Assembly (NCBI RefSeq): GCF_001194135.2
Contig: NC_068982.1
Span: 166,221,382 to 166,285,381, forward strand
Origin: Octopus bimaculoides
Lineage: Eukaryota
DNA length: 64,000 nt
Reading direction: 5' to 3'
In this document: one piece after another, positions 12,921 to 24,854 of the stretch
Layout: each line of letters starts with the position of its first letter
Position numbering within the stretch: position 1 is the stretch's first letter
Made by a program: the position numbers and the translations under genes
The notes under the pieces: generated by a model
Told to the model about the DNA's origin: nothing
Seen by the model: only the letters and a program-made list of their open reading frames with translations
Databases searched by the model: none

Positions 12921-13652
12921 GTGGATGCCACGCCTTATAGCATCTGATCAAAAATGCACCAGGCTAACCATATCGCAGGAAAACCTGACATTGTGTGAGG
13001 CAGATGCAGCTGGTTTCTCTGAGCGTTTCGTAACCGAGGATGAGTGTTGAGTTCATTACTTTGAGCCAGAGACAGAAACAATCCATGCAATGGAATACCC
13101 CTCCTCACCTGCTCCAAAGAAGACGAAAATGATGGCCTCGGTGTTTTGGGGATGCAAAAGGCAGTGCGTTTGTTGGCCTTCTTGAAAAGGGCTTCACCAT
13201 CAATACAAAGTACTATGTAAATTTGCTGAAGCAGTTACGAAAAGCTATCAAGACCAAACGCCCAAGAAACTGAAGAAGGCGGTTTTGTTTCATCGGGACA
13301 ATGCTCCAGCACTCAAGTTCTTGGTTTCAATGGCTGCTGTGCGTAACTGTAGCTTTGAACTTGCTGATCACTCTGCCTATTCTCTCAATTTGGCCCCATC
13401 TGACTATCATCTGTTCTCCAACATGTAAAAACACTTGGCTAGAATCTAGTACTGCAGTGATGATAACATCATATCTGTTGTTGATGACTTTTTAGCCCAA
13501 CATGATAAAAGCTTCATCACCATTGGGATCCAAGCACTGCAACACCGATGGAAAAATCACGTGGACCTCTAGGGTGAGAAATAAACCTCACTTGGTCACA
13601 TTCCTGGTTGAGAAAATCTTGTTCAGCTTATGAACTTTTCAGCCTACTCTCG
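12921..13652 (+). mobile_element. 5'-truncated mariner (DD34D) transposase pseudogene with 3' TIR
   Basis: WMPRLI (WVPHEL-like), FVTEDEC*VHYFEPET, then FHRDNAPA...HSAYSLNLAPSDYHLF with exactly 34 residues between the 2nd and 3rd Asp. Contains stops and frameshifts. Terminal atgaacttttcagcctactctcg is followed by TA. Confidence 0.9.
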
Positions 13653-14395
13653 TACAACCGGAACCGTCAAAAGGACGATCCCATGTCTTGAAGAGGGTAG
13701 AAGGAAATAACAGAAGATATAAATCTTCAACTAAATCGATGTTTTCTTGTGTCCTGTAAGAAATCAATGATATTGTACCCAGATAAATGTTTTATGCTAT
13801 TTAACAGGAGATACTGCTGTGACCTATCATCCCTCGCGGATCGATAAAATAAGAACCAATAACCTACTGGGTGTTATTCTCTCGTTTAAAACTCGTTCAC
13901 TTACAAAATTTGATATTGTGTGTCGTCAAAAGAAAGTCAATTTAAAAATGTATGGGTAATATAATTAAATTGAATTCTTCCGTATTTTTTCCTTTTACAT
14001 TGAAAGAAAATAATAAAGGTTGGGTTGTGGATGGCGAGGGGATAAAAGATATTTCAAAAAATTCAGATGTTTTATGGCTTTGATTAAAGTAGATTTTTCT
14101 TTTGAACAAATCCGCTTCTTTTTGTTTTGTTTATGTATTTTTGTTTTCGTTGTTTATAATATCGTATTGAATCCCAAGATAAATATAATACCAGCTAACG
14201 AATATACTATTATAAGTTAACCTATTTGAAAAGAATAGTATGAAGCATAGTTCCTGTTTTCTGGAATAGGCAAAGATAAGAGATGCCATGCAAGTGGTCT
14301 CAGACAGAAATTATGAGTTGAAAAATGACATCTTTCAATGCTTAAATTTCATTTCTATAAAATACGGCTAAATGATAAGCTGAAGATGTTTGTCC

Positions 14396-14398
<3 letters not shown>

Positions 14399-14431
<33 letters not shown>
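14399..14431. repeat. (CT)n microsatellite
   Basis: Direct reading. Confidence 0.9.
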
Positions 14432-14433
<2 letters not shown>

Positions 14434-16016
14434 AAATAATGTAAAATTAATATTTCTTATCATTAATATTACTTACAAAGTATTAGTATTAAATGCCATA
14501 CAGGACTGAGATCGTATTTCAAATGTAGGTTACTGCTCATTCTTTCTACCGTCTGGTTGTTCAATAAATTCTTTCATCTTACAAATATCTGATTTTTTAA
14601 AACTTAGTTATGAGTAGCAAATGTGTTTGTACTATGTTCATATCTTGTTGGCGGAGGATCAAGAGTTAGAATTTTTCCCACTGGCATTAGTGAGGTAATT
14701 TAAGAGAAACGCTTTAGGTTGTAATTTCGGTTCACTACGATCTTACCCTTTACTTCATAGCCCTCACCACCTTCTGCAAGTAATATCAATCCTTGTTAAA
14801 GCTTGAGTCTCTGTGGTCGTTTGGCCTCTTAAATTATTAGCCAAGTCTTCCTCAAGTTACACATTATCTTACAAAAAAGAAATAGTGACGAGGTAATGTA
14901 GCACTAGATATACTATTAGAAAAATTACGGTATGGTCACCACTAGATCATCTTTTTATCATATTTGTCCAAATAGAGACTGTCCTGAAGTAAACAACAAC
15001 AATGATATTCCGTCAAAGCTGGGTTGTAATCACATCTATTATCGTTATGCACTCTTAAGTCTTTATATTATACAATACCGACTGACCCTACCTGAAGCTA
15101 TTCCATGCACCAGTTTTTCTTTGCATATCTGCTACGCCTTATCCCCGAGATTTCATACTTTTTTCCCAAATATTAATTGAACATCACCTTTTCTCTCGTT
15201 GCAGTCTCTTTTTTTTCTGAAATCATGCCAGCATAGAAATGTTCTTCGTTTCCCTTACGTATTTCGGTGGATGTCTCAGTGGTCATCTGAAATAAGCGGG
15301 TGGTCAAAATATTTTGTTATGCTTGTTTCTTGATTGTTTGCATTACACTTTCTAGAGTTAAATCACCGGCAAGATGCAAAAATGTATAAATTGCTTGTTA
15401 CCTTTCCCCTAAGCAACCTGTATTTTTCCAACGTTGTAATATGATAACCATGTCGAATAATGTCATATGTGATATTCGACCCAAGTTACATAATTCAGAT
15501 AATGTAGGTAACTACAAATGTGGTTTCTAACAGCCGTAAGGCTATAAAATTGGAGAAATAAGTATGAGTCCATGACTAATTTTCCCTTTCATCCTTATGG
15601 TATCGATAAAATAAAATACCAATCTTGGTGGTATTTGAACTCAGAACGTGATGTGTTTAATTCGTCTTTTTTTTATATTCTGACTCCATTGCCCTCACAT
15701 CAGCATTAAATTTAAAAGCATCATATTTGGATAATCCTTTATACTCTACGCTTCAAACGTTGTCATACTTGAAAATATCAATACTTCAGAGCTGTATTAA
15801 TCGGTTACCGAATTGCTATAAATTACCTACACACTTAGCAATTGCTGGGGTAATCATTTGATACTGGGTTGTATCTGATCAAAAGTGTTCCAGCACTTTT
15901 GTTGTCTTTCTCATGCATTAGGTATCCGGGACTACATTTTTTATTGTCCTGCATTAATAAAACGGTAGAGAGAATTTTGAGGAAGGTTTGTTACTATTTT
16001 CACTATTATTCTAGAT

Positions 16017-16397
16017 CAAAGGTTGTCAACGGGGGCCATATGCACCCCCCCCCCACTTCCGGGAGCATTTGGAGCTCGAAGGGGGCGTGTTGGAGCAAAG
16101 GGGCTCTCTTGTACCAAAGAGCATTCTTTCGATAGACAGCACGTTGATCTCATAAGCGTCGCATGGTGGAAATAAACGCATTTACCAAACTTTCAATTTA
16201 TTATTTCAATTCGTACATCTGTACTTCCGACTGCGTACAAACACATACGTAAAATGACGTCCCTTATTTTTTAATCATTTTCTGCTGATATCAAAATAAG
16301 TAGTATACCGAAAAATAGAAATATTTTCGTGGGGGTGCCATTTGTGACTCCAAGAGTCAAAAGGGGGCCTTTGGTCAAAATGGGTTGAAAACATTTG
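16017..16397. mobile_element. Non-autonomous hAT (Charlie-like) element
   Basis: Imperfect TIRs caaaggttgtcaacgg / reverse complement caaatgttttcaaccc. The 8-bp flanks ttctagat / ttctaaga contain the TCTA(G) target motif known for hAT-Charlie elements. Confidence 0.55.
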
Positions 16398-19300
16398 TTC
16401 TAAGACGGTTCTTTTAACCCGATCACACTCTAACTGTCAGAAAGGAATCATGTAACGTGTAGAGTGGAAGTCTAAATAATTATTCCCTTTACTGTCTCGA
16501 CGACATATTCTGGTGGTGGCCACAAAAGAAGCAGACGATATCGACTAGCAGAGCACTACAGTCGCTATTACTCCGCACTTAACATTGGTGGTGTGCATTC
16601 TAGAATAGTACTGAGGACTGATAATGTTATTGCACCTTTTTTGCTGTGTATATCTTTTGTGTTTGTCTGAGTTGAGTGAGAGAGAGAGATTTTTAGAATG
16701 CTGTTTTAGTGGTGTTGTGGATAAATTGATGTTTCGCGGTATTTTTCATACAATAGCAAGAAACGATGGGATTGGAGTTTGCCGCGGCAAAACCTTCCCC
16801 ACTCATGTCTTTTCCTTTCGTATAGTGTGTTCCTTTGAGTTTATGGGTAAAGCTTTGTGCCATCTGTGATATGTACGTTGTTTTGTGGTAGAGTTTATTG
16901 TAATTTGTTGTAGAGATTTAGATTCTCGGTGGAGTTGGCCAAAATCCATGCAAGATATAATGTATCATTCATCTACAATTATTCCTTTCTATTAGCTAAA
17001 TGAGATGTATGCTCTACGAATGTGCCTTGTTTTTCTATGAAACTTCGTGGCGGTGCTGCATGGAACTCGTATTTTCGTCACCTGTTTATACTGTTGAGTG
17101 GCAGTACTTAATATTCTCAGTGGATTTGGTGGCAACTGTCACCAGTTTGTTTTGGTACCAGATTTTAAAATAATTTATGTAGTATTGCAGTAATTGTGAG
17201 AAAGATTTGAAATATCATTTGCGTATGAGGCATTGTGTATTTCGAGGTGAGCGTTAGCCGTGTAGTTATAGGTTTAAAAAGGTGGAATCCTTGTAGTACT
17301 CTTTTCGAGAAATTAAAAGTTTTCTAAGTGTTGTTTTTATACGTTGGCTTGTCGACCTGACACAGGGTTTACTTGCCGCCTGTTTACTGTTTCTTAAGAA
17401 GATATCGAATATTATATGTATGCAATTCCACAGCGGGGAACAGAGTTGTCTTACTTGTGTCAACGGTGCAATAAAATAGTGCGTGTAATCTTCTCCTTGT
17501 TAAATTCGTCACCTCGCCTCCATGTTAGGTTTGTGTTTAAGGTCGTTAAATGCAGATTAAGGCATATTAGTGATGTCGATGATGAGATTTTGTCTTTTTA
17601 GAATAGAAGGATGATGGGCTGATGATCTTAATTTGGTTAGACGCGAGGGAGCGTAAAAATTCTTATGTTTTTGCCAAGTTTCCAAATTTGGAATATACGG
17701 TAGGATTGGTACAAGTGATTGTTGATAATGGTAAGTATAGTAATTCCATCAGACTAAGTATCTGTCACGTTTAGTGAACAAGCAAATCCATGATGTCTTA
17801 ACTCGGAATTTTAGATTAAATTGTTTGTCTCTTTCGGTCGCCATTGATAGTAAGACTATGGTTCAGTGTTGAACCTGTATTTAAATCGGCCATTTAAAAA
17901 TATTCTTTAAATATTAGTACACTTTAGAACAGTGATCGGGAGAATAGGAAGACTGGTGGACAAAGTTGCTTAAAATGTAAAGAGATGAATCTTAAATAAT
18001 TTGTTTTCAAATTCCACTATTTTCAATTTGGCTTCCCATGAAGCACTGCAGTTAGTATAATCGTTTGAAAACCATCTGAAAATAATTTTATTTTATAATT
18101 GTAATAAATCAATTTTAATGCATTTAACAAAATCCGAAAATAATTTAAAATGCTGTACTGGTTCAGTAAACATTTCTTATATTAAAGTGTGTGTGCGTGT
18201 TCGTACTGGTCCGGTTGGATAGATAAAATATGCGTGTTTAGCATGAATATTTAAGTGAAGAAAATTTGTGGCATTTCTTATTCATTTAATTTCAATATAA
18301 TTCAATAACGGAGTGTGTATGTGTTGTCCGTGTTTCTATAAATTATGTTGAATTACCATTAACACAAAACTCTAGTGACGTACAATAGGATTGTCTATAT
18401 AAAATAATATACAACAACACAGCTTTGTTTTGTTTTTTTTCGTTTTATTTATTACAATAATACTCAATTTTGTAGAACTACATACGCTTAGTTGTGAATG
18501 TTCCAGACACACAGTCTTTAATTTTGTATAAGTTAGAGGAATACAGATACTAATCATACTCTTTCCAGGTTAATTATTATTTTGAAACGGGAACAGTTAA
18601 TGAGCTTCATTAAGTGAATGTTCAGTTTGAATACTTAGCACTTAATGTTTGTTGCACAGGCCTTGTGTGAGCACAAGTATAAGTCTGCAACGGACGCTTT
18701 TGTGTTTAGTCTAAGACACAAGTGTTCAGAGTTGAGATTACTGTTTTATTCTTTAACCCAGTGATAAACAAGACACTATTAGTCAACTCAATGATAAATA
18801 TCATTTCCCATTGTGTGTTTTGCAGACCTTTCTAGACTAAAATGGTGCTGTTAATATTTATTTGTATGTCTATGGTTTAAGACGTGGGTAGGAATAATTC
18901 AGAGAGTTGGCCGGCGTGTTTAGTGCAGGATTTGGAAAGTTCTCTAATTCTTGAAAAGAAACTTAATTTTTGTTTTTCTGATATAAAATGGCTACGTGAA
19001 AGAAGTCTAGTTTATTTCTTTAAGATAGATTGGTTTTCTTGAAACAAATATTGTCTTTTTTCTTTCGATGCAGTTGAATCGTACAATAGAAGTTCTGGTG
19101 CAGAATATTTTCGAGATTTCTTGTTTTTGAGAATAGGCATGCTTGGAAGAATGTGATCTCATTATCGTCACAACTTCATTCAGAAAACTCTTCTTCATTG
19201 TACATTGCATACACAAGTGTATGGTCCTTACATCAGAGATCATATCAACAGATGTACCTGAGTGTATAACTCTGTGCTTCAGTCAGTCATTGTGTCATTA

Positions 19301-20577
19301 GAAAAGACGTGTCACCTTGACTTTACTAAATCAAATTCTCAGCTGTTTAAGGTACCTCTGTGTGTCTGTGCGTGTACAAACTATATAAAATACATGGTTA
19401 GATAGGACATGAACTAAGTTTAAGGTAGAAGATTTAAAATTTCGAGAAATATATCCGAAACGTATTCCTTTTAGTTCTAAATCGAAACCTGAAACTATCC
19501 CAAACCATACGATTATGATGACGCAGTTCAAGAGGGTTACTATTGTGTAGAACTTTATACTGAAAGTGATAGAAAGTTAAAATAATGCGCAATCAACAAC
19601 ACCGTCTGAACTTTACTATTCTTTTCTACGAGGTATATATACAGCTATATTGATTTGGCCTGTGAAACCGAAGTTTAATTTTTATCAGCCAAAGTGCAGC
19701 CACTTACTTCATACAACGGAAATCTGATCCTATGATACCTTATGAATTTTCAGTTAACACTGTGAGGTGTGAGAAATCATATTTTTTACATTCTTATCAC
19801 ATTCAATCTAACGATGATCTAACGTCAATGTAACACAATTTACTGAAGGACTTTAATTATCCCGGTCCTGACGAAAGATACGCAAGTTCATATAATATTA
19901 ATGCCGCTATTCTATTCCCTGCACTCAGTATAGCAATCTCATCCTATTTACCTAATACTAAATCAGGTCAGCCAAACAGAAATGAATAAACGATATATGA
20001 TGGTTAGAGCATAGTCACGTAGTCGTCTATAAGCGCCTGAGCGATGGCTTCTCCAGTACTCAACTTACCAGAAACAGCAGTTAAATTTCCCCTCAAATCG
20101 TACCTTTTTTGTTAACAGAAAAAAAAGTGGGGGAAATAGATTAGGTATCTGTTCCTAGATATACAGAATCTGAATAAAAATAAAAAAGATGGTCAGCGCT
20201 GAAACGCCTTTTATCATAGGTCTACATAATCATCAGTGACTCAGGATTAAGGAACAAAAATGTTTCTAATGCCATGGCAGATAAGAAAAAGGAGAAATTA
20301 AGATTGGTATTTAATTACAAAGCACAGAGCCACGAATTAATATGTAGTTTCTGAGTTGCAATTATTTGATTAATGTAAATACTTTTAAAGATTGTCGTAG
20401 GACTTGGGCTGACTATGGTTTTTGTTGCATTAATGGAATGGAAATGGTGCTCGTTTATGGCAGCGGATTTCTCCGGGAACTAGCATCCTTATTTTGTAAA
20501 CCAGAGAGCATACATACAATTTTTCCGAGATGTTATTATCAAACTCGACAATTCTTGGATATTATTATGATGATGAT

Positions 20578-20970
20578 TATTAAGGTGGAGAGCTGGCAGA
20601 AGCGTTAGTACTCCAGGCAATATACTTAGCGACATTTCGTCTGTCTTTATACTCTGAGTTCAAATTCCTTCGACCACTGGGGTCGATGTAATCGACTTAT
20701 CCCTGCCCCTGAAATTGCTGGCGTAGTGCCAAAATTTGAAATCGTTATAATTACTATTCTGATTAAGGCGACGTGCTGGCAGAATCGTTAGCACGCTGGG
20801 CAAAATGCTTAGCGATGTTTCGTCCGTTTTTACGCTCCAAGTTTAAATTCCGCCAAGGTCGACCTTGCATTTCGTCCTAACGGTATCGATAAAATAAGTA
20901 TCAGTTGAGCACCGATGTAATTGACCGATCCCCGAACTTGCAGGCCCTGTACCAAAATTTGAGACCAATA
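20578..20970 (+). mobile_element. Two tandem SINE family A copies
   Basis: Each copy begins aaggNg...gctggcagaa after an (ATT)-like tract. The first is internally deleted. Confidence 0.8.
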
Positions 20971-22120
20971 TAATTCTTCTGAATAGCAAATGCTAGTAAG
21001 TGATGGTGGTTTTACGTTCTTAGTGCAAATCTCCCTTATTTGACTTTGACTTGTATTTCTCTGAGGTCACCAAAATAATAACTGACAGTATAGTGTGATT
21101 TTAATTCCCGCCAAGTTTCTCTTTGCCTTTCATTCCATAGGATTCGGCAAAATAAATACCAGTTATATACTTGAGTCAACTTTACGACCTCATCAGTAAA
21201 ACAAAGAACATGATCCCACACTTAAATAAGTGATATTTTCGTCTCGTCTCTCTTGTTGTTCCAGTGTTTTTGTATAAATACCTCAGAAAAATGTCCTTCA
21301 GATTTATGATTGCACAAATAAGTATTGCAATTGATATGTCCAATATTCTATTAGTTTCATCCTATATTTTTCTAAAGTTTGCATTATCATTGATTTTTCT
21401 TTAAGTAAGATAACGCTATTATTGGCATCAGTAGGTCTTCTAAGCGGATCTGGTGACCATATCAGACGAGTTTTGTAGCTTCTATTAATGGAAAAACCGA
21501 GAATATGGTTATCTTCATTTAAACTCTCTTCGTTTCCATCTGTGTATGTGTAATAAATATATATATATATATATATATATATGCGCATACAATTGTAACC
21601 ATACGTGTTTGAATGTTTAAATGAAGGCGTTGTTTATTTCGTGCGTGTTAATTGAATTATGCTATGTGTTGAGTACGAGACAAAAGAAACAGAGGTTTCA
21701 ATTATATATTCAAATATATATATATAAATCAATATTTAAGCACATACAATGATTGTGGGTACATTTATACGTAGGTGTATGCTAAACATACACACGTATA
21801 TATTATGCACAAGACATCGTGAGTCAGAAGAACTGAAATAATGGTTATTAGAAAGCTTATCTGTGAGAGAAATAGAATAATGCGCTTTTGACGTGTGGAA
21901 AAGTGGAGTCTCCATGCGGACCGTTTTAAGATTCCATTGCTCCTCAGAGAAGACATTCTCGGTTTCTTTTTTCAATCATCAATATACAGCATTCATTCGA
22001 TTTATTAGTCATAAATTAAGTTATTGTATTTGATAACTTAATTTCAATGTTTGGGCTTTTGACGGCTCTCACTATATATATATATATATATATATGCACG
22101 AACACACACACACACACAGT

Positions 22121-22322
22121 GTCATATAGTGCTGAAAAGTTCCTGGATTTGGGTAAAAGAAAACACAGAAATACCGGAGGATCAGTTAATTATGGCTTTA
22201 TTCAATTTATTGCAGCGGTCGTTCAGTTTTTCTAAGCTCTGTAAAAGAATTCGTAAGCTTGGACCTCAACCAGGTCTTTCACGATACCCTTAAGGCCAGG
22301 AACTTTTCAGTATTCACTTGTA
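22121..22322. mobile_element. Mariner-derived MITE
   Basis: TIR cores gtgctgaaaagttcctgg / ccaggaacttttcagtat. The interior (tttgggtaaaagaaaa...ggaggatcagttaattatg...agtttttctaagc...tgtaaaagaa) matches the end of the mariner at 50499-50650. Confidence 0.8.
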
Positions 22323-23034
22323 TAATGGTATGCACAACAGAATGTTAATCAAGAGGCTTAAAATAAATTCAGATATTAGAACGCTTAGCTGTGAGACAAC
22401 TACAAGAATTAAACACATTCTCTGCTTTTGATGTACGGAAACAGAGGGCAAGTGTTGTGACTGATTGTTTCGGGGTTTGTTGACTGCTCTTCTTAATTCC
22501 CCTAGAAAACATTTAGATACCTAAGCAGGAGCTTATGTTCGCTATAGTTATAATTTCTGGTCATCATCTTTAGAAATGATCAGTAACCCGATATCGATGT
22601 TATTGAAAGGCATGATTCTGTGGTTTCTGTCTTAGAGAATAGTTCTGAGTCACTGAGATGTTTGCCTCTTGTGTATAACACATACGTATAAATGCTATTG
22701 AAATGGCGTTTATACGTTAAATATGATACACAAGTGGTTATTTTAATTTAATTCTGTTTCAATTGCGTACACCGAGTTTATTTCATCCCTGCAAGCTTTC
22801 CACAAATTCAATGAAAGTATTATTCATTTTCAATATACCGGGGAGGATAAATTTTGTTTAGTCACCGCTAAGGTAATGTTCGTCTTGCTCCGATATTTAT
22901 TGTTTTTTACACAAAATATCTATGAAGAAATTTTCTCTCAAACAAAATCACTGCATCATACCTTTAAATGGTGTATATATGTTAAGTACGGTACACAGAT
23001 ATTTTAAAGACTGTTATTTATAACCCTTATCATT

Positions 23035-23225
23035 ATTAAAGCGGCGAGCTGGCAAACTGTTAGTGGCATTTTGTCCATCTTTACGTTCTGAGATCAAAGG
23101 CCGTCGAGGTCGATTTGCCTTTCATCCTTTCGAGGTGGCTAAAATAAGCACCAATCGAACACTGGGGTCGATGTAATCAACTGTTCCCTACTGCCAAAAT
23201 TTAAGGTGTTGTGCCTATAGTAGAA
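23035..23225 (+). mobile_element. SINE family A copy
   Basis: attattaaagcggcgagctggcaaactgttag...ccgtcgaggtcgatttgcctttcatcctttcgagg...actggggtcgatgtaatc. Confidence 0.8.
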
Positions 23226-23379
23226 AAGATTATTATTGAGGCATATTTCAGTATTTTTAAGGGAATATAATGATCGCTATTATTCTCAAAGAATTCCTGA
23301 AATGCGTCTCAATTCTAATAAGGTAAACTCAGGGAATTGCAAGTTGAAAAACAATGTTTAGTTTCAACATTTTTCCAAT

Positions 23380-23541
23380 GCACAAGAGTGGCTGTGTGGT
23401 AAGTAGCTTACTTACCAACCACATGGTTCTGGGTTCAGTCCTACTGCGTGGCACCTTGGGCAAGTGTCTTCTACTATAGCTTCGGGACGACCAAAGCCTT
23501 GTGAGTGAATTTGGTAGACGGTAACTGAAAGAAGCCCGTCG

Positions 23542-23590
<49 letters not shown>

Positions 23591-23800
23591 TTGCGTGTGT
23601 GTGTGTTTATCCCCCAACATCGCTTGACAATCGATGCTGGTGTGTTTACGTCCCCGTAACTTAGCGGTTCGGCAAAAAAGACCGATAGAAATAAGTACTA
23701 GGCTTACAAAGAATAAGTCCTGGGGTCGGTTTCTTCGACTAAAGGCGGTGCTCCAGCATGGCCACAGTCAAATGACTGAAACAAGTAAAAGAGTAAAGGA
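23380..23800 (+). mobile_element. tRNA-headed, CORE-like SINE (family B) with internal microsatellite
   Basis: Head gagtggctgtgtggtaag...gggttcagtcc. Contains ccttgggcaagt, shared with the MIR/CORE domain. Internal (TA)n(TG)n, then a conserved 3' part ending tgactgaaacaagtaaaagagtaaag. Confidence 0.85.
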
Positions 23801-24457
23801 ATGCTTATTTTACTCAACGGCTAATCCGGGCTTGATTCCAATTTCTGTTACAGAGATAGGCGGGCAGTTGCACTGTTTACTTTATTTCCAGCAGAGTTAT
23901 CTTCTTTGTATTGTCTATGCTTGTCATTTTTTATATCCAGGACTACATTACCCAATGTGTTTTTTATACCCCTTATACTTGAATGTGTTAAAAAAAGTAC
24001 TGATATGATTCAATCAATTATACATTTTTGTCTTGAATAATTTATTCCAATAAAAGTTTCTGGGATTGCGGATTATTATCTTTTTTTTTTTAGTTCTAGG
24101 ATTTCCTTACTTATAACTATTTCATTTATCACCATTCATGTCTTTTGGATGAGTATAAACGCCACAACTAGTTCACTCTACTCTCTAAATCCGAATCTTA
24201 TAAGGAATCTTTGTTCTCAGTCTGAGGACATTTCTAAGAAATTAATGTATGTTGGATATTGTTTGAAATCGTATTAAGGGATTCAATACCACTGGATTCG
24301 ACATATTTTGAAGTCGATAAAATGTGTGCCAGTAATATATTGATATGAAAGCAATCCTATATATTCATTCTTTGCAAAACTGACCTTATTTTTTCACTAA
24401 AATTTTACATAAATCCATTATTTTAATATTCATATATTTATATTACTTTCATTACAG

Positions 24458-24854
24458 GTAACAAGTGCTGAACTGGAAACACGTATATTCCGCAACACAT
24501 CCCTTTTGTCTATAATTGAACCAGCCACAAAATGTGAATCTTTTCTAAAGCTTCTTTCGGAACTGCGTCAAAGAGCAGAAGACGATAAAACTGTACTTCG
24601 AGATTACAAATCTCTCCTACGTATGAATGGTCTACCCTGCAACTCTGTACGGCTTGAAACTGTAGCTGTTGAGTTTCAAAAATTTTCCCATGGCTATTCA
24701 ACGGCGTTGAAGCTCCTAAGCGAAGTACGATCTGAAAGAGGAGGATCAGACAGTGTAAGTCCTTGGGAAATGTCTTCCGAGGATTCTAATTTAACAGATC
24801 AACCAAATTTATGTGGCGCGCAACCTGAAATACAAGCATTTTCTGCTGTAACTT
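24458..24854 (+). CDS. Coding exon 2 of the same uncharacterised gene
   Basis: Acceptor tttcattaCAG|G. A phase-0 join to exon 1 gives ...AHQRLLQ|VTSAELETRIFRNTSLLSIIEPATKCESFLKLLSELRQRAEDDKTVLRDY... The frame is open to donor CTT|GTGAGT (24855, phase 1). A second donor, AGT|GTAAGT, lies at 24755. Confidence 0.8.

Noticed and set aside
16880-17900. Possible decayed retroelement on the minus strand
   Set aside because: Only isolated short peptides (e.g. PYIP) and no ordered motif series, so it cannot be assigned.
19000-19531. Possible Tc1-like fragment (IIVWFGIVSG)
   Set aside because: A single weak motif, with no catalytic residues in register and no TIR.
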